This document shows, piece after piece, positions 53,464-64,000 of a stretch of DNA of 64,000 nucleotides (within the stretch, counting starts at the first letter, position 1; every line of letters begins with the position of its first letter). Under the pieces are notes generated by a model. It saw only the letters and a program-made list of their open reading frames with translations, did no database searches and was not told where the DNA came from. The translations under genes were made by a program, and so were the position numbers. Origin of the DNA: Octopus vulgaris (lineage: Eukaryota); the NCBI GenBank assembly GCA_951406725.2, contig OX597825.1:10354001-10418000 (forward strand), read 5' to 3'.

Positions 53464-54192
53464 TAGATATAGACGAACTACCAAAATCACTTTAACCCTT
53501 TACGATTATTACCAATATTGCTTAATTTCTATTAATCATCGCAGCTAAATTTAGAAGTTGTAGGAAATTTAATTGTATGCCTATTAAATAACCTACAATA
53601 TTTTACTATATGGAGAACGTGTTTTGTAATGCTCTGGAAAATAATGTAGATATGAACAAACTACCCGAATCGCTTTAACCCCTTACGGTTATAACAAATA
53701 TTGTTTAAATTCTACTAGTCATCGCGGCTAAATTTCGAGTAGTAGGAAATTTAATTGTATGGCTATTAAATAACCTACGATATTTACTATAAGGAGAACG
53801 TGTTTTGTAATGCTCTGGAAAATAATGTAGATATAGACAAACTACCCGAATCGCTTTAACCCCTTACGGTTATAACAAATATTGCTTAATTTCTACTAGT
53901 CATCGCGGCTAAATTTCGAGTAGTAGGAAATTTAATTGTATGCCTATTAAAAAACCTACGATATTTACTATAAGGAGAACGTGTTTTGTAATGCTCTGGA
54001 AAATAATGTAGATATAGACAAACTACCCGAATCGCTTTAACCCCTTACGGTTATAACAAATATTGCTTAATTTCTACTAGTCATCGCGGCTAAATTTCGA
54101 GTAGTAGGAAATTTAATTGTATGGCTATTAAATAACCTACGATATTTACTATAAGGAGTAAGTGGTTTGTAATGCTCGGGAAAATATTGTAG
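53464..54192. repeat. ~181-bp tandem repeat, 4 copies
   Basis: TAGA unit boundary at 53464, 53647, 53828, 54009, 54190; copies 2-4 nearly identical. Confidence 0.95.
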
Positions 54193-54679
54193 AAATGCCC
54201 GTGTATTCCTCTATTCCGAAAGCGAACTTAAACTGCGGAATAGGTATATCTATCTACCGTTAAAGATACTTGTTTTACTTATTTTATATAGCTCCGTAAT
54301 ATATTATCTTAAATAACAATACAACTAATATTTCCGAACTACACAGTGTCGGAATGTGAAATGAGGTTCAGTAATCTCCTAAATTCTTTTAATGATAGGA
54401 AGAACTTATGTAAACCACCTTTAGCAAAATTTATGAAGACGAATATATTAATTTCTCTATTTCGTGGTCCATTATGCGGGCTACACTTCTCCATCTAGTG
54501 GTTGGGAGTAATTGTAATTAATGTTGCATGGAGGCACTTGAAATTCAAGCATGTAACCCAGAACTAAGTAACAACCATAATGAGACGTTAATGCGATGCA
54601 CACACAGCTGGATAAAAATCTCTTTAAAATGTATATAAATAGATACACCTATACATTGATACTGACTGTATTTCATTTC

Positions 54680-54915
54680 TCACTGTTACTCCCTTTCATC
54701 TCTTATTTTTTTCTTTACCTATAGTGTAGCAACCACTTAATCACTTATATGAGAACTGAGTAGTCACAAGAACTTCAGCTACTAGCTCATTATCTCACTC
54801 CAAGATATCTTTTACTTTACATTTCATTTTTTCACTTTCGTGTATAACTAGAAGCTGTTTTTTCCTTACATTTTTATATACTTTACATCATACTGTTTTA
54901 CTCTCTTACTTGTTT
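54680..54915. repeat. Inverted duplicate of 60286-60520
   Basis: Near-identical reverse complements over ~235 bp. Confidence 0.92.
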
Positions 54916-55110
54916 CAGTCATTTGACTGTGGCCATGCTGAAGCACCGCCTTTTAGTCGAGCAAATCGACCCCAGGACTTATTCTTTGTAAGCTTAGTAC
55001 TTATTCTATCAGTCTCTTTTTGCCGAACCGCTAAGTTACGGAGATGTAAGCACACCAGCATCGGTTGTTAAGTCATGTTGGTGGGGACAAACACAGACAC
55101 AAATACACAC

Positions 55111-55141
<31 letters not shown>

Positions 55142-55291
55142 CGACGGGCTTCTTTCGGTTTCCGTCTACTAAATCCACTCACAAGGCTTTGGTCGGCCCG
55201 AGGCTATAGTAGAAGTCACTTTGCCTAAGGTGCCACGCAGTGGGACTGAACCCGGAACCATGTGGTTGGTAAGCAAGCTACTTACCACACA
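54896..55291 (-). mobile_element. SINE family A
   Basis: Reverse-complement match to 45061-45469. Confidence 0.9.
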
Positions 55292-55529
55292 ATTTTTTTA
55301 TCAATCATTTCTATATTACTATAGAAATGATATTTCTACGCTATTATGACTTGAATGTTTTGACTCACCATACATTTTATTAAAAAAATACGAGAACCCG
55401 TTTAATAATTTATACCCTACTTCATCTGAAACATCTTTCATTGTTTCTAACCCCTTTTTTCTATGTCTCCCTATCTATCTCTTTTTTCTTTCTTGCTTTT
55501 CCCACTCTATTTCATTCTATAATTTTTTT

Positions 55530-55935
55530 TTTTACTTGTTTCAGTCATTTGACTGCTGCTATGCTGGAGCACTGCCTTTAATCGAGCAACTCGACCCCAT
55601 GACTTATTCTTTGTAAGCCCAGTACTTATTCTATCGGTCTCTTGTGCCGAACCGCTAGGTAACAGAGACATAAACACACCAGCATCGGATGTCAAGCAAT
55701 GCTAGGGGGACAAACACAGACACACAAACACACACACATACACATACATATACATATATATACAAATATATACGACAGGCTTCTTTCAGTTTCCGTCTAC
55801 CAAATCCACTCACAAGGCTTTGGTCGGCCCATGGCTATAGTAGAAGACACTTGCCCAAGGTGCCACGCAGTGGGACTGAACCCGGAACCCGTGGTTGGTA
55901 AACAAGCTACTTACCACACAGCAACTCCTGCGCCT
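55530..55935 (-). mobile_element. SINE family A
   Basis: Reverse-complement match to 45061-45469. Confidence 0.9.
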
Positions 55936-56789
55936 ATCATTTCTTTTTCTTTCAAGTTACTCTAAATATACCCATCCTAGTTAATTCATAACTCTCAGGT
56001 CATTTAAACTCAAATTTAAATTCCAATTTTCCTGCCCCAGCAGCAGCCAATAATTCAACAATCTCGTCTAGTTTGATAAGTCCTGGATACAATCCGTTTT
56101 AGTAAATAGTATACTATTTTCTTGACTCTTTCCTTGCTACGGCACTGCAAGCTCTTCCTAATAATTGTGTATGTATATAGGTGTATTCACCTAAGTGTAT
56201 GCATAATGAGTTGTTAATAGTCTTGATATGATGAGAGGTGGAATTCATGTTATATAGCTAAAAATTACAAACTATTTGTTAATATTTATGGTTATATATT
56301 TCTACCAGGTTAAAGAATTTATATGCTCCGTCTGTTGTAAAAACAGTCGTAACCTCAGACTAAATGTAATGCCATCATTTTTTAGTTGCTATTTATGTAT
56401 ATACATATACATAAACACGCATATGTATACATATGTGTATGCATAAATATATGTGAGTGTGTGTATGTATATAGGTTTATAGATGCATACATGTATATAT
56501 ATATGTCTGTCTGTCTGTCTGTCTGTCTGACTGTATGTATGTATGTATGTATGTATGTATGTATGTATGTATGTTTCAGTATGCATGTTTATATGTTGTC
56601 TTCTATTTTAAAATATCTCGAGTCCTCCTCTGAAGAAGAAGTTGGTTTATAGAAAAAGATGCGAAGCTCCATCGTTGGAACTTAGATAACAAAAGCAATT
56701 TATCATATTTAAGAAGACTTGTGTATATATTTTACGGTTCCACTTACAGATGTTATTTAAAATATGCGTCTTAACTTGTTGTTTTTCTA

Positions 56790-57345
56790 AACACCCAAGC
56801 TTTTCAAGATTGTCACTTAGGCATTTACTAACAAAAGTAAGTCCACCAAGTATTGTTTTAAATGTGAATTTATAGTCAGGGTACAGAAGATGAAGGTTTC
56901 ATATCAGTTTTCCATGGTTATACTTTTTCTCTTTGATTTTTGATAGGATATTCCCATCAGCAGGGCAGTTGGCCTCTATGATTATACATACTTTTTCTTC
57001 TTTGTTCCAAGCAACTAAATCTGGCTTGTTATGTTTGTACATAATGTTCCACCAATACTCCTCGAGTTGGTCTTTATGTACGTATTCAATAACTTGAGAT
57101 TCTCTATATTTATCAAAGAACAGTATTTTTTTCCAGATGTTGTACATTGTTTTATCAACGATCTCATTAGGATGTAGTATAGTGGGGACGTTTTTGGGCC
57201 GCTGCTAATCACACGTGATGTCTTCCACAGAAATATAACGTAAACACCAATTTTTCCTGCATCTTGGGTGTCCGAGTGCTTCACTGTTTTGTAGCATTCA
57301 CCTACTCTTAAATTGCAAGCATAAAGCCTTCTAAGTTGGGTAGAC
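56790..57345 (-). pseudogene. Non-LTR retrotransposon restriction-like endonuclease fossil (R4/Dong/NeSL-type)
   Basis: LEGFMLAI*E* upstream, then EYWWN...KHNKPDLVAWNKEEKVCIIIEANCPADGNI..K.KEK (PD-(D/E)xK motif). Confidence 0.8.
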
Positions 57346-57407
57346 AGACTGTGGACTGTTTTTTATTGGTTTCATCTTCTCTTTTCTTCATAATGGGAGT
57401 GGATAAT

Positions 57408-57560
57408 AACATCGAAAAATGCCTTAGGAATGAGAACCCAGGTTTGAAATTTCCCCAAGACACCTGATGAAGGCTGGAGGGTATATCAGCTGAAATGTTG
57501 TGTTAACAACAAACAAGATGAGGACAAATATCCGTCAAATGTAAATAATGTAAATAATGT
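57408..57560 (+). mobile_element. Family Y element with hammerhead motif at 57459-57504
   Basis: GACAC-CTGATGA-A-GGCTG..CAGCT-GAAA-TG-TT-GTGTT (CG>TG in stem III). Confidence 0.85.
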
Positions 57561-57769
57561 ACGTCAAAGGTAGTTTATAGAAAGAGAAGGAGGAGAAAGA
57601 AAGAAATTAGCAGAAAACTAATAGTGGAGAGATATAGACCGATATTTGAATAAGAATAATGCTTAAAGGCATGGAAGTAGATATATTTAGTGGAAGTGAA
57701 ATGTAAGAAGACAGTCAAAGGTCGAATTTTATAGAATGGTAGAAATCACTTGTAGGAACTAAATGTATG

Positions 57770-58372
57770 TTTTTACCAATGTTTGCAACGATAAACACGT
57801 TCGATAAACGTGTTTACAAGAGGATTCTCTGAGAACAGGATGAAATACATTTCACTGTTACAAAGCGGACAAAAAGATTTACCTCTATCAGCCGGAAAAG
57901 ATATAGAGAGAATATTCCATTCCAAATTAAATTGTTTAATATGATCATTTAGATACTAAATTAATTTACTAAGCCCAGTATTGTTACGTTTATTGATATG
58001 TCTAAATGTAGAATAATGATCAGATATTCTTTTGGACAACAGAGATGAAGAACAACCTATATATAAAAAAAACGTCAGAACCGGGAGTAATTTTACATTG
58101 ATAAATAGAGTTTCTAGTCTTGGAATTACTTCTATGAAAACAAATGCGATTGGAGTCAACATCAGAAACACTAACACCGCAGCTATTATTATTTAAAGAA
58201 TGATTAGTGTTAACAAAATCAATGTTGCTATTTTTATTAAGTGGATTTGTATTTAACAACTTATTATTATGCGAAGAGATGATTTGTGAAAGATTTTTTG
58301 TGTTAGAGAAACCTATCCTGATTGTGTGTGAATTAATAATCGAATAGTATCTTGAATTTCTTTGGAAATTCT
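57770..58372 (-). pseudogene. Penelope-like element 3' fossil with GIY-YIG endonuclease
   Basis: HTIRIGFSNTKNLSQIISSHNNK...NSIYQCKI.../YIGCSS.LLSKRISDHYSTFRH...TGLSKLI*.L.D...FNLEWNIL...CPLCNSE...LVN..IE...RCKH. Confidence 0.85.
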
Positions 58373-59864
58373 TTTCTGACGTCTTTTTTTACGTAGGTAG
58401 TTCTTCATCTCAGTATATATGTGTGTGTGTATGTATGTATATATGTATGTATGTCTATATATATATATATATATATCCAACTACCCTCTAGCAGTTATCA
58501 GATACGTAGTCACAAGCATCTTCAACAGATCCGCCCTCTACTATAACGAGACATTATATATATATGCTGCTGTTGTTGTTTAGCAAGTGACTGTTTGAGA
58601 ACTACATTCGAAAGTTGCCTTCATTAGTCTCAATCTCCTCCACTTCTTATGTAAAGTCTACCGTTACCACTGTTTCTGAGGAAGTTTCCAGTTGACGTCA
58701 GGAACTGGTGGGCTTCAGTGTCTATAGAGTTGATTTCCTTTGCAGATAAGTCAAGTATACCAAATGTTGGAATCAGCAGTTGACGATCAGGCTCTGATTT
58801 CCGGTTTAAAAAAATGAGACATAAACATTACTTTTTATAATTCCATTCCTAAATCAGTTGAAAATGTAATTAATTCCTCCTGGTTTTTGCATTGTAAACA
58901 TTCTTAGCATCGATATTCTGGCCATTCATAAATAAATTATGAGTTACGCTGATATCTCCAGCAGATGCAAATTTTTTTTCTTCATAATACAAAGCAATAA
59001 CTTTAATGAGTGATCCTATGCCCTGATGAGTGAAAAACACCCACGCTATTATACAGCTATCTCTGAATGTGTGTGTATGTATATATATATATATATATAT
59101 GCTTTTAGTCGTCGGTAAGTAATCTTCTTCGAATTAGTCATTTCATCTTAGTCCATATTCGAAAATTATGAAACGAATGAAAGAAAAATATACTAAATAG
59201 GAAATCATACAACGAATCAAGCAATTACTCGCAACAATGTTGGAGACCAACCACAATCTCCAAATACCTTTAGGAAACGTCTAATAGTTTTTCTGTGAAT
59301 AATTCTTCTTTGGACTACTTCCGATTATTTTAGATTAATTTAAGGATCTTTCTCTTATCTCCTGAAATCAAATACAAATCTTGTGGCTGTTTCACTTTCT
59401 TCACTTTAACGGTTTATTTTGTTTGCATGCTAAGGAAATATTAATTTTCTATGCATTAGCTTTTTATACTATGCTAAATCTTTGACTATTATTGTCATGT
59501 GAATCTTGCCTTCTTGGAAGTTGACAAATGTCGGCTTCCCTTAATGGAAGCCATCAAATATCAAACGTGTTGAGGGAAGGCTTTCCCAAAGTCTTCGAAC
59601 AAACAGTAAATACACATTAACGTTTTCACACCAAACTTAACAAAGTAGAACGAAACTATTGAGCTGAAGGAATAGGATAAGATTAAAAGAAACAAAACTT
59701 TGATAAGATCTCAGATAATTAATCACATATCTACAGTAAATAAATTATATCACAAGTTTGTAAGTTTTCTCGTTTCTTTTTTGGTGTTTTACTTAGAAAA
59801 CATAAAGCATTTAATTATTAACTGAAGCAAAGTTTGTTAACCAATATCATTTACCGTTACCAAT

Positions 59865-59935
<71 letters not shown>

Positions 59936-60519
59936 CATGGAGTTTTCGCTGGTGAGAATAAAGTTTCTAAACTGTATGGAGAAATTAGAAAGATTGCTTT
60001 GATCTAGTAATAGAACGCAAGTCAGTTACAGATGTTACCTTCGACACTTTCTATCAAAAGGTTTTAACCAAATATTTACACGCTTTTATTTATAGCTCTA
60101 TTTACTTTGAGATTCACTGTTTCTAAACTTATTTTGAAAAGACATCTACAAAATGGAAATAAGTGAGAGATTCTGGTGAAGTATATTATTTTATGAAGAG
60201 ATTCTGGTGAAATTCTGAAGAGATTCTGGTGAAATATTTTATTAATGTATAGTTACATTCACTGGATGGCATAATTAATTCAACAAAACAAGTAAGAGAG
60301 TAAAACAGTATGATGTAAAGTATTTAAAAATGTAAGGAAAAAACAGCCTCTAGTTATACACGAAAGTGAAAAAAATGAAATGTAAAGTAAAAGATATCTT
60401 GGAGTGAGATAATGAGCTAGTAGCTGAAGTTCTTGTGACTACTCAGTTCTCATATAAGTGATTAAGTGGTTGCTACACTATAGGTAAAGAAAAATAAGAG
60501 ATGAAAGGGAGTAACTGTG

Positions 60520-61128
60520 AAAAACCAAAGAAAATCTCTGAATCTTAGATTCATCGAAATATCCACCCTTGGCCTTGATCACTGTGGATCTTACTCTGGA
60601 CATTCTTTCGAGCAATAAAAGCAAATATTCACTGGTAATATTTTGCCAATCCTCTTGTAAGAGTGTCCAGAGGGTTCCTGCACGACTTGGCTGTCGCTTT
60701 TTGACCCTGAGATCCACACAATTTCCATGGGATTGCAAGGGGGTGGGGATGGCCATTCGGTTACAGTTAACTTTTTTCATCCATTTTCTACTTTCTACTG
60801 TAAATAGTTTTTGCATAGCTTAGAAGCATGTTTTGGATTGTTAACTTGCATCAGTCCGAATTTCTTACCAATCAGCCTTGTCCCAGATGGAATGGCATGA
60901 CGCTGGAGGATATAGTGATACCCGTTGTGTTTCAGTATTCCTGTTACCCGAAGAATATTCCTACATATAAAATATGTAGGAGTGTTATCCGATATTGAAT
61001 AAAACCCCAAGCCTTATGTTGTTCTATATTTTTATACCCAAACATTATCTAAATCGATAACATTGAACTAAAAATTCCACTTTGAGACAAAATTTTCTTG
61101 GGTGATTTTAAACTTTTGGATAGTAGTG
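60520..61128 (-). pseudogene. Tc1-family transposase fossil
   Basis: YH.ILQRHAIPSG.RLIG..F..MQ.NNPKHASKLCKNYL...LW..LQE.W..I...YL..L.ERM.R....VIKAKGGYFDESKI; TIR-like AAACTTTTGGATAGTAGTG near 61110-61128. Confidence 0.85.
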
Positions 61129-61140
61129 TGTGGAGGGTGC

Positions 61141-61176
<36 letters not shown>

Positions 61177-62016
61177 TAAGAAGAAGGAGACAGTCAGAAG
61201 TTTGGGTAATACTTTATTAGCGCTTTCGTTCGTTCAATCGAACGATATAATGTACAGAAACTTTCTCCGGCCTTATATATAAATCGAAAAGAGAATGTTT
61301 TGTTTTGTTTTGTTTTGTTTACAAGATGGGAGAAATAAAAGAGAAAAGGAGAGAGAGGGAGGGAGAGGAAGACGGAGAGACAGAAATGTATTTTGAGATG
61401 ACCTTTTGACTTACATGTGAGTGGTGCTAAATGACCTTTCAAGATGTGGATTTTGTTTTTTGGAGAAAAGGAGAAAAAGACAGGGAAAAAAAGACAAGAA
61501 AGAGACAGAAAAGCAAAGAAATGGGGAAGAGAGAGAAAGAGAGAGAGAGCGAAAGAGTTTTCTTTCCAAATGTATTGTCCGATGTTGTCAACCCACTGAA
61601 ATTTAATTACAATTCAAGATGTCATTCTTGACTCAGTCATTGTTTTCGAAAACATCTCTTTCTCTGTCTTTAGTGAAAAGACCGTCCCAAGATACAGTTT
61701 TGTCTCGCTATATTCCGCTCTTCCTCTCTCCTCTCTTCCGTCCTCTTTTCTCTTTCACCTCTTCTAAGCAAAACTAAACAAAATTTTCTGTTGTTCGATT
61801 TCTCTTTTTCCTCTTCGAAACAAAACAAAGCAACACCCTTTCTTCGATTTATAAACAAGGATTCAACGAACGAAAGTGCTAATAAAGAATTATCCAAACT
61901 TCTGACTGCCTCTTTCTTAATATACAATATCTGTACAACACTTCAAACACTACACATACACACAAACACACACACACACACATACACTCACACTCACACA
62001 CATACACACACACACG

Positions 62017-62081
<65 letters not shown>

Positions 62082-62143
62082 GTGTGTGTGTGTGGAAAAA
62101 AGTCAAGATAGAAAACGCTAAAATAATTTTATAAAAAACATTT

Positions 62144-62179
62144 CAGTACCGGTTTCAGTCATTGAGACTTTTTCAACTG
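62144..62179 (-). ncRNA. Minimal hammerhead motif with U3-A8 core variant
   Basis: Minus CAG-TTGAAAA-AGTC-TCAAT-GACT-GAAA-CCGG-TA-CTG; all three stems pair; element lies between (TG)n and (TA)n. Confidence 0.6.
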
Positions 62180-62336
62180 TAACAATTGAACAATTAAATT
62201 TAGAAAAATTAAAAGAAAAGCTTTTTTAAAAGAATATTTGTATAGTGTTCAAATATAAGTGGCATTTTCCTTGTTTCTGCCTTTCTCTGTCTCTCTTGTT
62301 TACTCTTGTGGGTTCGAGGTCGTTGTGAAATATACA

Positions 62337-62373
<37 letters not shown>

Positions 62374-62538
62374 ATTCATTCATTTTTTATTTGTGACTTT
62401 CCGATATAAAATAACGCTAGTGAGTAGAAATAAAAGAGGTTAAAAGTCCGATCCAGCTTTAGAGTCGAAATAGGAACACAGCTAAAAGATATTGCTAGAA
62501 AGAGATGGGGGTGAAAGTTTTATATATATATATATAAA

Positions 62539-62740
62539 TGTGACATCGTGTGTACCGTTGGCGATTTTTTTTCCTCTGTCTTTCCTTCTCTAGATCTTTC
62601 CTTCTCCATATGTTTCCGACGAAGAGCTCCGCTCGAAACGTTAAACCCTCCTTCTTTCCTTCTTTCCTGAGCGTCCAATAATACTATATTTGTTCCACGT
62701 CCTCGTGTTGTGTTTTTTTTGTGCTTTCTTGTTTGGATTA

Positions 62741-62742
<2 letters not shown>
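62539..62742 (+). mobile_element. Family X element with hammerhead motif at 62612-62646
   Basis: GTTT-CCGACGA-A-GAGC-TCC-GCTC-GAAA-CG-TT-AAAC; (TA)n on both flanks. Confidence 0.85.
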
Positions 62743-62804
<62 letters not shown>

Positions 62805-63598
62805 AATAGTAAGAATTGTGTAAAGAATATAAGGAGGAAGAAGTTAATGAAAAGAATGAGGAAGGTAAATGTTAGCAAAACAAAATAGACAAAAGGATGA
62901 CCTAAGAGAAGAAAAATGAGCAAAAATATGTGGAAACAGAAAGCGAGAAAGCTGGAGGATGCGTTAGAAATGAGAGGAAAAGTAAAAGAGATAAATAAAG
63001 TAACAGTATGAGAGAGAGTAAGTGTTGGGAGAATGTGGGAGGAGAATGAGAGTTGCCAATTACACAGGTCTTAGCAGTCACTTTGAAAATGTTGCAGTAA
63101 AGAACTATATCTTGTGATATTGCCAACTTAATTTCAGGAATCAACTTAAAACTTAGACAGACGTTATCATGATGCAATGTTAATGATGTCAGAGTACAGA
63201 AGGTGTGATCACATATTATTGAATAATGATTCAATAACATCATTAATTATTGAATAATCATTCAATAATGCCACATATTATTATATAATCATTCGATAAT
63301 ATTAGATTCAACATGACCAGAAATATAATATAGAGATAATCTACTCCGTGAGTAAGTTCCTCAGACAGTCCGGATTTGGTACCCCGAGTATTCAATTTCA
63401 CTTCTTGAAACTGTAGTTGCGAGATCCTCCTTTAATCTTTCTGTTTTCCCGTATAATTTTTAAAACAAAGGTTATCTCGTCTCAAATTCTTATTCTAATC
63501 ACATCACATGACAATGATTCTACTGGAATTAATAGAATTACATGTGTGGAGTTTCCAGATTCAGTGATATGGCTAAGACTTCCATGCTAATGTAAAAT

Positions 63599-64000
63599 AT
63601 CGGGTTGTCCGGAACGTTCGTGCCGATTTATAGTAGCTTACCTTTCCACTTATTTTAGAACATGGTTGAGTCCATAAAATAGGATTTGACTACACCTCCA
63701 TTTAGAGCACATTTTAGGCTATCTTTTCGTGGAAGAAGGTTTATGTTCCTATAACCTGTGTTAATTCTGTAACACTTCAAAATGGAAGATAAGAAAGTTC
63801 ATTTGGGAACCAGACAAAAATTGCTGCAGCTCGGCTGGGATGTGTTACCCCGCCCTCCATATTCACCAGATATTGCTCCTTCGGATTTCCACTTATTCAG
63901 GTCTCAGCAGAATAGTCTTATTGGTAAAAATTTCAATTCCTTGGATGATGTAAAAAGATACCTTGAGGAATTCTTTGGCATGAATCCACCTCAATTCTGG
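63599..64000 (+). mobile_element. Internally deleted mariner element (runs off the window)
   Basis: TIR-like TCGGGTTGTCCGGAACGTTCGTGCCG after TA; from ATG 63782 MEDKKVH|LGTRQKLLQLGWDVLPRPPYSPDIAPSDFHLFRS...EEFF. Confidence 0.85.

Noticed and set aside
58668-58720. CACTG..CTGAGGA..CCAGTT/AACTGG..CAGTG hammerhead-like fold
   Set aside because: The GAAA core and cleavage triplet are missing.
59023-59040. CTGATGA-GTG-AAAAA-CAC hammerhead half
   Set aside because: No GAAA or stem III follows; at most a truncated relic.
62800-63590. Possible third Penelope-like remnant
   Set aside because: No convincing motif on manual translation; only short AT-rich palindromic repeats at ~63215-63300.

Overview
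AT-rich, microsatellite-dense eukaryotic non-coding DNA. The tRNA-headed SINE families resemble those of octopus/cephalopods (inference). I found no intact host protein-coding gene, and almost all listed ORFs are microsatellite artefacts. The window is a mosaic of three or more SINE families, fossil mariner/Tc1/maT transposases, Helitron pieces (including a tail-to-tail pair), L1/Tx1 and R4/Dong-type retrotransposon remnants, two Penelope-type GIY-YIG fossils, a 9-bp-TSD MITE carrying TTAGGG repeats, and tandem repeats. The most striking signal is a set of at least five unrelated short elements sitting in (TA)n/(TAA)n microsatellites that carry minimal type I hammerhead ribozyme motifs. Several are built as long fold-backs, and two have a tRNA-like Pol III head between the arms. 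There are also four local duplications that look like templated insertions and a possible decayed ionotropic-receptor-like sequence. All alignments, folds and translations were done by eye; boundaries are approximate.
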